Program-made: the position numbers and the translations under genes
Notes under the pieces: generated by a model
What the model saw: only the letters and a program-made list of their open reading frames with translations
What the model was told of the DNA's origin: nothing
Databases searched by the model: none
Shown: one piece after another, positions 18,436 to 27,962 of the stretch
How positions within the stretch are numbered: the first letter of the stretch is position 1
Layout of the letters: each line of letters opens with the position of its first letter
Assembly: GCA_903825105.1 (NCBI GenBank)
Contig: CAIJZI010000006.1
Span: forward strand, 1,399 to 65,398
DNA length: 64,000 bases
Source: an uncultured bacterium
GTDB taxonomy: Bacteria > Patescibacteriota > Minisyncoccia > Phycocordibacterales > Phycocordibacteraceae
Direction of reading: 5' to 3'

Positions 18436-20364
18436 ATGAAAAAATTTCACAATGCATTCCAATATCTAAACAATCGACCGATTCTTTTCGGTCTATTCGC
18501 CATGCTCCTTACGGTTATGTTCGGTATGTCGATCGCTTTTATGACAGGAATGGTTACTCCCAATCAAGTTTTGGCAGATGTTATTGGGCCACCTTGTTGC
18601 GAGCCTCCGGTTCCTCCTCCGCCGCCGCCTCCTCCACCTCCGCCACCAGTCCCGATAGTTCCGGTGCCAGTCATTCCTATACCTGTGCCAACTTGTACGC
18701 TCTCGGCGAACCCGACTTCACTGCCAGTTGGCGGTGGGACTTCTGTACTTGATTGGACAACGACCAATGCGACGAGTGCCTCGCTTAATCAAGGCATCGG
18801 CGATGTCGCGCCAATCGATGCAGGCTCGCAGTCTGTTTCTATCGCGACGGATACGAATTTCATCTTGACCGTTTCTGGCCCGGGAGGGCAGACGGCCTGT
18901 TCTGCTAATGTGACCGTTGCTACACCGCCGCCACCTCCTCCGCCAAATACCCCAGCCTGTACGCTTATTGCGAATCCAGTAGCGATTCAAACAGGGTCGT
19001 CATCGTCACTTTCTTGGACAACGACAAATGCGACTTCATTTACGCTCGACAATAATATCGGTGCGGTAACGCCTGTTGCTTCGGGGAATAAATCTGTTTC
19101 TCCAACCACGACCACGACCTACACTGGCACAGCAGTAGGCCCGAATGGTTCGGTAATTTGTACGGCGATTATTACGGTCACGACAACTCCGCCGCCACCT
19201 GGTGGCACTATCGCGTGTACCCTTTCTGCCGCGCCCCCGATTATAAATTCAGGCAATTCATCGGTACTTTCTTGGACAACGACTGGCGCGACTTCTTTCA
19301 TAATCGACAACAATGTCGGTGCATCGACACCGGTCGCGGCTGGAACCGTTTCTGTTTCTCCAACTGTTGACACAACTTATATCGGTACAGCGACTGGCCC
19401 TTATGGAACAATCACTTGTTCGACAACGGTGACGATGAATCACGGCGGTGGCGGGTGTACGAGTAATTGTGGCGGAGGCGGAGGTGGTTCGTCGCCGACA
19501 GTTGTGTTGTCCGCAGTTCCTCATTCGATCTCACAACCATTTGCCTTTTTGTATCTCTCTCAAATCCCGTACACCGGCCTCGACCTCGGCCCTGTCGGCA
19601 CCACTATTTATTGGATCGTGCTCATTCTTGCAGCTCTTGCGATAACCTACTTTGTCCTCTTTGGCATCGTGCCTTTTATAAATCGTTGGGCACACAACTT
19701 CACTGCGCGCGTCTCTGCGGCGATTAATGGTCCGGAAACAGTTACTGTTCAATCAGTTAAATCAGTTCCGTCGCCAGCACCAGCGCCGAAACCTGCGCCA
19801 GAAACTTCGCAAAATTCATATTCTTCATACAACGGATTCAAATCATTCGCACGAAACGGGGCACTCTCGATTGAAGATATCGTGAAGGGCTTGTCACAAG
19901 AACAGCTCTCGCCCGCGTCTGAAGTTTTCGAAGAAGAATCAGTCGGAGATATTGTTGAACAAATGCAACACGAAGAAGAGAAGATTGAGACATTTCAGCC
20001 GCCCGTTCAAGAGGTGACGACAACTGCAGACGCAGGCGCCGCTTCTGTCCGCGGTCTCGCCATCGCTCTTATTGAAGGTGATCGCGCAGCAGTGTTTGCC
20101 GGTCTCCGACAGCAGGTGCGCGGGGGAGGATCTCCGGAACAACTGATTAATTCGATCGTCTGTATTCTCGACGATGTGTACCGTGCGCGTGTTGACGGCA
20201 CGCCGTGTGACGCAGACATTGCGCGTCGAACCGCGCGTTTTGCTACGCCTCTTTTGGAAAAACTGGTCGTGTCGCTCACCACAGCAATCGATGCCAGCTA
20301 TTCAGACGAGATAACCGGAGCGAAGCTCGCCCTCACTCGAGCACTCGCTACTATTGGCGCATAA
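18436..20364 (+). CDS. Surface protein with poly-Pro stalk, three tandem ~85-aa Cys-bracketed Ig-like repeats, a second TM helix and a C-terminal cytoplasmic domain
   Basis: 'PPVPPPPPPPPPPPPVPIVPVPVIPIPVPT'. The repeats begin 'CTLSANPTS…', 'CTLIANPVA…', 'CTLSAAPPI…', each with 'W/DWTTTNATS'. 'IPYTG' lies just before the TM helix. Confidence 0.55.
   Translation: MKKFHNAFQYLNNRPILFGLFAMLLTVMFGMSIAFMTGMVTPNQVLADVIGPPCCEPPVPPPPPPPPPPPPVPIVPVPVIPIPVPTCTLSANPTSLPVGGGTSVLDWTTTNATSASLNQGIGDVAPIDAGSQSVSIATDTNFILTVSGPGGQTACSANVTVATPPPPPPPNTPACTLIANPVAIQTGSSSSLSWTTTNATSFTLDNNIGAVTPVASGNKSVSPTTTTTYTGTAVGPNGSVICTAIITVTTTPPPPGGTIACTLSAAPPIINSGNSSVLSWTTTGATSFIIDNNVGASTPVAAGTVSVSPTVDTTYIGTATGPYGTITCSTTVTMNHGGGGCTSNCGGGGGGSSPTVVLSAVPHSISQPFAFLYLSQIPYTGLDLGPVGTTIYWIVLILAALAITYFVLFGIVPFINRWAHNFTARVSAAINGPETVTVQSVKSVPSPAPAPKPAPETSQNSYSSYNGFKSFARNGALSIEDIVKGLSQEQLSPASEVFEEESVGDIVEQMQHEEEKIETFQPPVQEVTTTADAGAASVRGLAIALIEGDRAAVFAGLRQQVRGGGSPEQLINSIVCILDDVYRARVDGTPCDADIARRTARFATPLLEKLVVSLTTAIDASYSDEITGAKLALTRALATIGA
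18700..19450 (+). repeat. Three tandem ~255-bp coding repeats (inside 18436-20364)
   Basis: Repeated peptide blocks 'SxLxWTTTNATSxxLxxxIGxVxPxxxGxxSVSxxTxTxYxxTxxGPxGxxxC'. Confidence 0.55.
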
Positions 20365-20384
20365 CTTGACACAAAAATAATAAT

Positions 20385-21137
20385 ATGTTAAACATCATAT
20401 ATATGAACAGTCCTGAAAACAGCCCAGCCCGCCGCATTACCCTCATCTGCCTCGCCGCAGTTGGCTTTATCGCACTCGTCGGAGCAGGCGTTTGGCTCGC
20501 TATTTATTCAACACGCTTTGTGCCAAATATAGTCAACGGCGCTGGCGAAGCCGCGGTGCAGTTCGGCGCTTGGTTTATGCCGAATCATAAATCCGATTCT
20601 TCATTATCAACTGCGTCAACGACCATTTCTTTCGGTACCTCAGCGACCTCTACGAGTTCAAATCAAACTACTCCATCAAAACAAGTTTCAACGACTGCAG
20701 GAGAAAAGACCAGTGATGTGTATCAAATAAGTGGGACGACAACGCCATCGCTCTACGGATTCCCCGATCTTATTGTGAATATAAATGCGACGGGATATTT
20801 AACGACAAGCTCGACCGATTCTTTCGTCGCGACTTCGACAATTCATTCTAACAATCGACCAGCGATATCTTTCACTATAAAAAATATTGGTACGAATGCG
20901 ACCGGCCTGTGGCGCTTTAGCGCATCAATCCCAACTCAGAATGCTTATATCTATCAGTCGCAACTCCAACAGTCGCTTAATCCAGGAGAGAGCATCGACT
21001 ACATTCTTGGATTCGACCAGCCGAACACTGGCGTAGACAAAACGATTTCGATTACTGCGAATTCTGATAATAGCGTGAGAGAATCACACACAGACAACAA
21101 CAGCTCTTCGGTGAAGATTACTATTCTCGGGAACTAA
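20385..21137 (+). CDS. Membrane-anchored Ser/Thr-rich hypothetical protein
   Basis: N-terminal TM 'ITLICLAAVGFIALVGAGVWLAIY'. S/T-rich linker followed by a beta-rich domain. Confidence 0.4.
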   Translation: MLNIIYMNSPENSPARRITLICLAAVGFIALVGAGVWLAIYSTRFVPNIVNGAGEAAVQFGAWFMPNHKSDSSLSTASTTISFGTSATSTSSNQTTPSKQVSTTAGEKTSDVYQISGTTTPSLYGFPDLIVNINATGYLTTSSTDSFVATSTIHSNNRPAISFTIKNIGTNATGLWRFSASIPTQNAYIYQSQLQQSLNPGESIDYILGFDQPNTGVDKTISITANSDNSVRESHTDNNSSSVKITILGN

Positions 21138-21152
21138 CGGTATAGTAGCGAT

Positions 21153-22421
21153 ATGAGTGCGATATCTTTTGCGATAGAAAAGCGCGCGCCACTTCGTGGC
21201 GCGCGTGTCGGCATTCTCACCACGCCGCACGGCGTAATTCACACACCTGCTTTTGCGCCAGTAGGAACAAAAGCGAGTGTGAAAGGTATTTTGCCTAGTG
21301 AAGTCGCGAAGCTCGGTGCTGAAGTGGTGCTCGCGAATACCTATCACCTCTATCTTCAGCCGGGCGAGCAGATTGTGAAAGAGGCTGGTGGCCTCGCGAA
21401 GTTTATGGGCTGGTCGGACTCGTCTTCGCCTTTGGGCTCCGGCGCGGCGAAGCCAACCATCACCGATTCAGGCGGTTTCCAAGTGTTTTCGCTCGGTGCT
21501 GCTTTCGGCAAAAAAATCTCCAAATTTGATGGAATGAGGGATTTCGTAAATCCATCATCTGATAAACCAGTAATTTTTGACGAAGAGGTCGCGAGTCAAC
21601 ACGGCCAACTCGCGATTATTGACGACGAAGGCGTCTCGTTTACCTCGCACATCGACGGCTCGCTTCATCGCTTTACGCCAGAGCGATCGGTGGAGATTCA
21701 GCACGCGCTTGGGGCAGACATTTTCTTCGCTTTTGACGAATGCACTGCGCCAACAGAGACCTATGAATATCAGAAAGATGCTATGGAACGCACACATCGC
21801 TGGGCGGAACGGAGTTTGAAGGCACATCGACAAATGGAATATGCCCGCCTTCGTGAGAACTCCGGCGTGGCGAAGCAAGCAATTTTCGGCATCGCACAAG
21901 GCGGGCAGTTTGATGACTTGCGAAAGTTGAGTGCGAAGACAATCGCAGAAATGGGCTTCGATGGATTCGGACTCGGCGGATCGTTTAGTAAAAAGTATGG
22001 CGATGATTCTCTCGAATCAGCGCTTCAAATGCTTAAAGAATTGCCAGACACTATGCCAGTGCACGGCCTTGGTATTGGAGAGCCGGGCGATATCCTCGCC
22101 AGTATTGCCGCAGGTGTTGACCTTTTTGACTGTGTAGCGCCGACACGCCTCGGTAGACATGGCACAATTTATACTAAAAATGGTTTAGTTCATTTGAAAA
22201 ATGAAAAATATAGAAATGATTTTTCGCCACTGGGCGAATCAGGGTTTACCCATGCGTATGTATCGCATCTGATTAGAAGTGGGGAAATGCTCGGTGCGAC
22301 GATCGCCTCGATGCATAATCTGAAATTTATTTTGGATCTTGTCGCTCACGCGCGGCAGGCGATTTTAAACGATACTTTTGAGGAATATCGTGCAGATTTT
22401 GTAAATAAATATTATGGCTAA
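21153..22421 (+). CDS. tgt: Queuine tRNA-ribosyltransferase (with ~36-aa insertion carrying a palindromic repeat)
   Basis: 'TPHGVIHTPAFAPVGTKASVKG', 'LANTYHLYLQPG', 'TDSGGFQVFSLG', 'FAFDECT', 'LFDCVAPTRLGRHG'. 422 aa versus ~375 typical. Confidence 0.85.
   Translation: MSAISFAIEKRAPLRGARVGILTTPHGVIHTPAFAPVGTKASVKGILPSEVAKLGAEVVLANTYHLYLQPGEQIVKEAGGLAKFMGWSDSSSPLGSGAAKPTITDSGGFQVFSLGAAFGKKISKFDGMRDFVNPSSDKPVIFDEEVASQHGQLAIIDDEGVSFTSHIDGSLHRFTPERSVEIQHALGADIFFAFDECTAPTETYEYQKDAMERTHRWAERSLKAHRQMEYARLRENSGVAKQAIFGIAQGGQFDDLRKLSAKTIAEMGFDGFGLGGSFSKKYGDDSLESALQMLKELPDTMPVHGLGIGEPGDILASIAAGVDLFDCVAPTRLGRHGTIYTKNGLVHLKNEKYRNDFSPLGESGFTHAYVSHLIRSGEMLGATIASMHNLKFILDLVAHARQAILNDTFEEYRADFVNKYYG
21526..21562. 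repeat. Degenerate copy of the 'FVNPSS' palindromic element inside tgt (in frame)
   Basis: TGATGG-AATGAGG-GATTTCGTAAATC-CATCATC. Shares the 18-mer TTTCGTAAATCCATCATC with the uvrB copy. Confidence 0.5.
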
Positions 22422-24498
22422 TTTCAAATTACACTTACCGTTTCAGCCGGCGGGCGATCAGCCCGAAGCGATTAAAAAGCTGAATGAAGGCCTCAAAAAA
22501 GGCTTGCATCATCAAACACTTTTCGGCGTGACGGGGAGCGGGAAGACCTTCACGATGGCGAATGTTATCGCACAGAATGATAAGCCGACACTCGTCCTCG
22601 CGCACAACAAGACACTTGCTGCCCAGCTCGCGCAGGAGTATCGCGAATTTTTCCCCGAGAATGCGGTGCATTATTTCGTTTCCTATTATGATTATTATCA
22701 ACCAGAGGCGTACATCGCGCACTCTGACACCTATATTGAAAAAGAGGCGATGATTAATGCTGAGATTGATCGGCTTCGCCACGCTGCGACGCAGGCTCTG
22801 CTCACGAGGAAAGATGTGATTATTGTTGCGTCAGTCTCGGCGATTTATGGGCTCGGTTCGCCAGAAGAATATGAAAAAGTGCATGTGAAAATTGAAAAAG
22901 GTGCACCAGAAAATAGAGCTGCGTTAATCAGAAAACTGGTTGCCATTTATTTTGAGAGAACCAACGCCGATTTGAATCCAGGGCAGCTGCGTGCGATTGG
23001 TAACTCGCTTGAGTTTATGCCGGTGAATGAACGCGTCTTGTATCGCGTTGTCTTCGATGGTGATGCCATCTCGCGCGTCGAACAGCTCGACCCAGTCTCG
23101 CGTGCAAAAGTCGCGGAGCCACAGTCAATCTTCGTCTTCCCGGCGAAGCACTTCGTCACGAGTGAAGAAGAGCGAATCAGAGCGATTGAAGATATTAAAC
23201 TCGAGCTAGAAGAACAACTCGCGAAGTTTAAAAGAGAAGAAAAACCGCTCGAAGCAGAGCGACTGAAGCGCCGCACCTTAAGCGACCTCGCGCTGATTCG
23301 CGAGATCGGTTACACGAACGGCATCGAGAATTATTCTCGCCACTTTGACGGGAGAAAGGCGGGCGAGCCGCCATACACATTGCTCTCCTATTTCCCCAAA
23401 GATTTTTTAACTGTTATCGACGAGTCGCATGTGACCGTACCGCAGATTGGCGGGATGTATGCAGGAGATAGATCAAGAAAAAATGTGCTGATTGAATTCG
23501 GATTCCGTTTGCCGTCGGCGCTCGATAATCGTCCGCTTATGTTTGAAGAATTTGAAAAATGCGTGGGGCAAGTTATTTATACGAGCGCGACGCCGGGCGC
23601 ATATGAAAAAGCGCATTCTGAACAAGTCGTTGAACAAATTATTCGTCCGACTGGTCTTATCGACCCAGAGCTTATCGTGCGCCCTGTCTCTGAAGGCACA
23701 GAACCCATGATGGGTTTCGTAAATCCATCATCAAATGATGGATTTACGAAACCAAAATATCGAGGGCAGATTGCTGATTTTATCGACGAAGCAGAAAAGG
23801 TGATTAAAACGGGTGGGCGCGTTTTGGCTACAACACTCACCAAACAAATGGCAGAAGACCTCTCCTCATTCCTGCGCGATCGCGGCATCAAAGCTGAATA
23901 TTTGCATTCTGATATTAAAACGATTGACCGCATCGACATTCTTACCAATTTCCGCAAAGGTGATTTCGATTTACTCGTCGGCGTGAACCTGCTGCGCGAA
24001 GGGCTCGACCTGCCTGAAGTAGAGCTCATCGGCATTCTCGACGCTGACAAAGAAGGATTCCTCCGTAGCGAAGTTTCTCTTATCCAAACCATCGGTCGCG
24101 CCGCTAGAAATGTTTTAGGCCGCGTGATTCTCTATGCCGATGTGATGACGGGCTCCTTGGAGCGCGCCATCGGCGAGACGAATCGTCGTCGCGATATTCA
24201 GATCGCCTACAACACAAAGCACGGCATCACGCCGAAGACGATTCATAAAGAAATCCACGACATCGCTGCCTCAATGCGCACCGAGCATCAAAAGACGATT
24301 GATGAGTTGCTCGTCTTGGATACGATTGCGTATAAAGAAGATCCAAAAGAGTTTATAAAGAGAAAGAGGGAAGAGATGGCTGAAGCAGTCGAGAAATTGG
24401 ACTTCGAAACCGCCGCGCTTATTCGTGATGAAATTTATAAGCTTGAAGGCACCGGTCCCAAATCTAAAAAATCGCGCGGGCGAAGACTTTTGTCGTGA
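22414..24498 (+). CDS. uvrB: Excinuclease ABC subunit B
   Basis: 'GVTGSGKTFTMANVI' Walker A, 'HYFVSYYDYYQPEAY' beta-hairpin, 'EYLHSDIKTIDRIDIL…' helicase C region, C-terminal UVR-interaction helix. Overlaps the tgt stop by 8 nt. Confidence 0.9.
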   Translation: MANFKLHLPFQPAGDQPEAIKKLNEGLKKGLHHQTLFGVTGSGKTFTMANVIAQNDKPTLVLAHNKTLAAQLAQEYREFFPENAVHYFVSYYDYYQPEAYIAHSDTYIEKEAMINAEIDRLRHAATQALLTRKDVIIVASVSAIYGLGSPEEYEKVHVKIEKGAPENRAALIRKLVAIYFERTNADLNPGQLRAIGNSLEFMPVNERVLYRVVFDGDAISRVEQLDPVSRAKVAEPQSIFVFPAKHFVTSEEERIRAIEDIKLELEEQLAKFKREEKPLEAERLKRRTLSDLALIREIGYTNGIENYSRHFDGRKAGEPPYTLLSYFPKDFLTVIDESHVTVPQIGGMYAGDRSRKNVLIEFGFRLPSALDNRPLMFEEFEKCVGQVIYTSATPGAYEKAHSEQVVEQIIRPTGLIDPELIVRPVSEGTEPMMGFVNPSSNDGFTKPKYRGQIADFIDEAEKVIKTGGRVLATTLTKQMAEDLSSFLRDRGIKAEYLHSDIKTIDRIDILTNFRKGDFDLLVGVNLLREGLDLPEVELIGILDADKEGFLRSEVSLIQTIGRAARNVLGRVILYADVMTGSLERAIGETNRRRDIQIAYNTKHGITPKTIHKEIHDIAASMRTEHQKTIDELLVLDTIAYKEDPKEFIKRKREEMAEAVEKLDFETAALIRDEIYKLEGTGPKSKKSRGRRLLS
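23713..23753. repeat. 41-nt near-perfect palindrome inside uvrB, in frame (encodes 'GFVNPSSNDGFTKP')
   Basis: GGTTTCGTAAATCCATC-ATCAAAT-GATGGATTTACGAAACC: a 17-bp stem that falls in a region absent from E. coli UvrB. Confidence 0.65.
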
Positions 24499-24581
24499 GC
24501 TTGACAGTAGAATTTGGTTGTGTATACTAATATACGGAAGGTAAGAGGCATCCAAATCTCTCAATGAAGGAGGAAATTCCT

Positions 24582-24725
24582 ATGTTGGTGGAATGGGTAA
24601 ATCAGTTTTCGCTACCTGTTCAGATTTTGTTGACCGTCGGCATTACTGCTGTGTTTTGCGCCCTTGTGCTGGTTGTAATAAGCGCTGTGTGTTTCGTTCT
24701 GTCCAAAGGCGGACGCAATCCGTAA
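24582..24725 (+). CDS. Small single-TM membrane protein (47 aa, not in ORF track)
   Basis: AGGAGG is 6 nt upstream of the ATG. A TTGACA…TATACT promoter lies at ~24501-24530. Translation is 'MLVEWVNQFSLPVQILLTVGITAVFCALVLVVISAVCFVLSKGGRNP'. Confidence 0.35.
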   Translation: MLVEWVNQFSLPVQILLTVGITAVFCALVLVVISAVCFVLSKGGRNP

Positions 24726-24876
24726 TTTACAAGAGCTCGCTAGCAATAGCGGGCTCTTTTACTTTTGTTAGCAAGGTCTCGCCTTGATACAAGAAGCTCA
24801 TTTCATAAGGTGCCTTAATTTTATGGCTTATTTGCTTGATATTTTATACCTCACAAACGAGCATTTTGAAAAACGC

Positions 24877-24905
24877 TTGACAAATAAAATTGAGTATGCT
24901 AAACT
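24877..24905 (+). promoter_or_regulatory. Sigma70-like promoter (TTGACA-17-TAAACT) preceding an ORF-free transcript
   Basis: Consensus -35 hexamer with 17-nt spacing to a 4/6 -10 hexamer. Confidence 0.35.
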
Positions 24906-24907
24906 TT

Positions 24908-25166
24908 ATACAGATTCGTAATTGAGAGCAAAACTGCAGATGGCAGGTCTGACTCTCCGAATCTACTAGAAGTGAAATCTTCTAGGGGCGGTCCGTTATC
25001 TCACACGGACAACTCTTGAAAGACCTAGCACATAAATACATAAGCTAGACTTTCTTTGATCCTTAGGAGGATGCCAAAATGGCTTGAGGGAGATATGTGA
25101 GATTCCCTGACAAACTCCTCTCCGTTTTACCGCCCCGCACAAAATGTGCGGGGTTTTGCTTTTGTG
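24908..25166 (+). ncRNA. Candidate structured small RNA (~250 nt) of unknown class
   Basis: No ORF longer than 10 codons. Multiple local hairpins (CTAGAAG-TGAAAT-CTTCTAG; AGGGA…TCCCT). Ends in intrinsic terminator CCCCGCAC-AAAAT-GTGCGGGG-TTTTGCTTTTGTG, just upstream of uvrA. Confidence 0.3.
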
Positions 25167-25220
25167 CTATACTCATACCGTACCTGCCCCGCCACGGGCA
25201 GGAGTTTCCATATTTAAACA

Positions 25221-27962
25221 ATGCCTAAAAAAACAGCAAAAGAATCCCTCGACGATGCTCGGGACAAGGAACACAATTTCAAGCACGGGAGCGACCCCGA
25301 CGCGCGACAAGCGGTCGGGGCTGACTGGCTTACCGTGAAGGGCGCGCGTACCCATAATTTAAAAAATATTAATGTCGAGATGCCACGCGGCGCGATGACG
25401 GTGATCACGGGCGTTTCGGGGAGTGGTAAATCATCGCTCGCTTTTGACACTATTTTTGCCGAAGGGCAACGACGCTATGTTGAATCGCTTTCTGCCTACG
25501 CGCGACAATTTTTAAATCAAATGGCGAAGCCCGATGTCGATGAGATCACCGGACTCTCGCCCGCGATTTCTATTGACCAAAAATCGCGTTCGAATAATCC
25601 GCGTTCGACGGTTGCGACGGTTACAGAAATTTATGATTACTTGCGTGTGCTCTACGCACGCGCCGGTCAGCCGTATTGCGTGAATCATGATGTGCCAATC
25701 GTACGACTTTCAAAAGAAGAAATGATTAAGATGGTTTTCTCGCGGATTGAATCGAAAAGGCACTTAGGAAAGACTTCAAATACGGATTCTGGAAGTCTGA
25801 CTTCTGAAGCGCCTGTGGTTATGGGCGTTGTGGTTGATAAAAGTGCGGTGACGATTTATGCGCCAGTCGTGGTAGGGCGCAAAGGGGAATATTATCAAAT
25901 GCTTTATGACCTGCTCGGGAAAGGTTTTGAAAGAGTGATGATCGACGGGAAGGTGCAGTCGCTACGCGAAAAAGTAATTCTTGATAGAAATAAAAGGCAC
26001 GATATCGACGCGATTGTCGACACGATTTATGTTTCAGAATTTATTCGCTCGACTGATGGCGCGCGCGAACGACTCTCTGAAGCGCTTGAGCTCGCGCTGA
26101 AAGAAACGGACGGCTTGGTGAAAATTGGCCACGCTGATGGCACACTCGAAACCTTATCGTCAAAATTTATTTGTCCTGAAGACGGCGCGTCATTCCCTGA
26201 GGTTGAACCTCGCCTCTTTTCATTTAACTCACCCTACGGCGCATGCCCAGAGTGTCACGGACTCGGCACCGAATCATTCTTCTCTGATGCTCCGTGTCCG
26301 GTCTGCGAAGGGAAGAGACTTCGTCCGGAAGCACTTCGTGTGTATTTAAAAAGTAAAAAAGATAAAACGCTCGGGAAAAATATCGTGGATTTTACAAACA
26401 TGTCGATTCGCGAAGCAAAAGAATTTGTCGACTCGATTGAACTTTCAGAAATGAAAAAGGATATCGCATTGCCGATTTTAAAAGAAATAAATAATCGCCT
26501 CACCTTTATGCTCGATGTCGGGCTCGATTATTTAACACTCAATCGAAGTGCTGCGACTCTCTCTGGCGGCGAGAGTCAACGCATCCGCCTCGCTTCGCAG
26601 CTCGGCAGTGGGCTCACGGGCGCTTTGTATGTGCTCGACGAGCCAACGATTGGTCTCCACCAACGCGACAATGACCGACTGATTAAAACATTGCTCACGC
26701 TGAAAGAGCTTGGCAATACGATTGTTATCGTCGAGCACGATGAGGACACGATTTATTCTGCAGATTATATTGTCGACATTGGTCCGGGCGCGGGTGTCCA
26801 CGGCGGCCGCGTAGTTGAGTCAGGATGGTTGGATGACCTTTTAACTGCCAAGAGCAATGAAACAGGCTCGTTGACTCTTGCTTATTTACGCGGTGAGCGG
26901 GAGATAGTAATGCCTGAGTCGCGACGCGAAGGCGAGCGCGGGTGGATCAAGGTGCGCGGAGCGACTTTGCACAATTTGGTAAATCAAAATATCGATGTCC
27001 CGCTTGGTAAATTGGTCTGCATCACGGGCGTTTCGGGGAGCGGGAAGTCGACCTTTCTCTATCATATTTTGCATAAAAACATTGACGCGCGATTCGGTAG
27101 GAAAGAGGCGAAGCTACAAAATGTCGCTTCGCTCACCGGTAGCGAATATCTCGGGCGCGCCGTTTTAATCGATCAATCGCCGATCGGCAGAACGCCGCGC
27201 AGCAACCCTGCGACCTACACTGGCGCATTCACGCACATTCGCGATCTTTTTGCCGCGACTTCTGAAGCGCGTGCGCGAGGCTGGAAGCCGGGCAGATTTT
27301 CTTTTAATGTTTCTGGCGGTCGCTGCGAAGCGTGTCAGGGCAATGGCTCGATCGCAGTTGAAATGCATTTCTTGCCGACGGTATATGTGACCTGTGATGT
27401 CTGCGAAGGAAAACGATTTATGAAAGAAACACTCGAAGTCACCTATCACGGGAAAAATATTTATGAAGTTCTCCAAATGACGGTTGAAGAAGCCGAAAAG
27501 TTTTTTAAAGATATTCCGGCAATTTCCGATCGTCTCGCCTCGCTGAATGCGACTGGCCTTGAATATTTAACACTCGGACAAAGCGCGACAACACTTTCGG
27601 GCGGAGAAGCACAGCGCGTGAAGATCGCGAGCGAGCTCTATCGGCCGATGCCGATGAAGACGATTTATCTCCTCGATGAACCAACGGTCGGTCTGCATTA
27701 TGAAGATGTGAAAAAATTGATTGAAATTTTGCAGGAGCTCGTACGCCGCGGCAACACTGTTGTTGTTATTGAACACAATCTCGATGTGATAAAAAATGCT
27801 GATTATATTATCGACTTCGGGCCCGAAGGCGGCGAAAAGGGCGGCAGAATAGTCGCGAAGGGCACGCCTGAAGAAGTTGCCGATACTAAAGGCTCCTACA
27901 CGGGCGAGTATTTAGCGAGAGTTTTGCATAACCATGGAAAAAAGCGATCTAAAAAAGTCTAA
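25221..27962 (+). CDS. uvrA: Excinuclease ABC subunit A
   Basis: Two ABC modules ('[15 protein letters not shown]', '[15 protein letters not shown]'); signature '[12 protein letters not shown]' / '[12 protein letters not shown]'; zinc-finger Cys pairs ('CPECHG', 'CEACQG'). Confidence 0.9.
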   Translation: MPKKTAKESLDDARDKEHNFKHGSDPDARQAVGADWLTVKGARTHNLKNINVEMPRGAMTVITGVSGSGKSSLAFDTIFAEGQRRYVESLSAYARQFLNQMAKPDVDEITGLSPAISIDQKSRSNNPRSTVATVTEIYDYLRVLYARAGQPYCVNHDVPIVRLSKEEMIKMVFSRIESKRHLGKTSNTDSGSLTSEAPVVMGVVVDKSAVTIYAPVVVGRKGEYYQMLYDLLGKGFERVMIDGKVQSLREKVILDRNKRHDIDAIVDTIYVSEFIRSTDGARERLSEALELALKETDGLVKIGHADGTLETLSSKFICPEDGASFPEVEPRLFSFNSPYGACPECHGLGTESFFSDAPCPVCEGKRLRPEALRVYLKSKKDKTLGKNIVDFTNMSIREAKEFVDSIELSEMKKDIALPILKEINNRLTFMLDVGLDYLTLNRSAATLSGGESQRIRLASQLGSGLTGALYVLDEPTIGLHQRDNDRLIKTLLTLKELGNTIVIVEHDEDTIYSADYIVDIGPGAGVHGGRVVESGWLDDLLTAKSNETGSLTLAYLRGEREIVMPESRREGERGWIKVRGATLHNLVNQNIDVPLGKLVCITGVSGSGKSTFLYHILHKNIDARFGRKEAKLQNVASLTGSEYLGRAVLIDQSPIGRTPRSNPATYTGAFTHIRDLFAATSEARARGWKPGRFSFNVSGGRCEACQGNGSIAVEMHFLPTVYVTCDVCEGKRFMKETLEVTYHGKNIYEVLQMTVEEAEKFFKDIPAISDRLASLNATGLEYLTLGQSATTLSGGEAQRVKIASELYRPMPMKTIYLLDEPTVGLHYEDVKKLIEILQELVRRGNTVVVIEHNLDVIKNADYIIDFGPEGGEKGGRIVAKGTPEEVADTKGSYTGEYLARVLHNHGKKRSKKV

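Noticed and set aside
18600-18665. CCG/CCT-rich low-complexity DNA
   Set aside because: Encodes the poly-proline stalk of 18436-20364; not a regulatory repeat.
18564-18767. poly-Gly ORF on minus strand
   Set aside because: Antisense translation of the poly-Pro (CCN) tract of the surface protein.
24905-25166. tmRNA / RNase P RNA / SRP RNA identity for the sRNA candidate
   Set aside because: None of the conserved sequence blocks could be found by eye (tmRNA tRNA-like ends, RNase P 'AGGAAAGTCCGG', SRP 'GGAAGCAGCCA'). Class left open.
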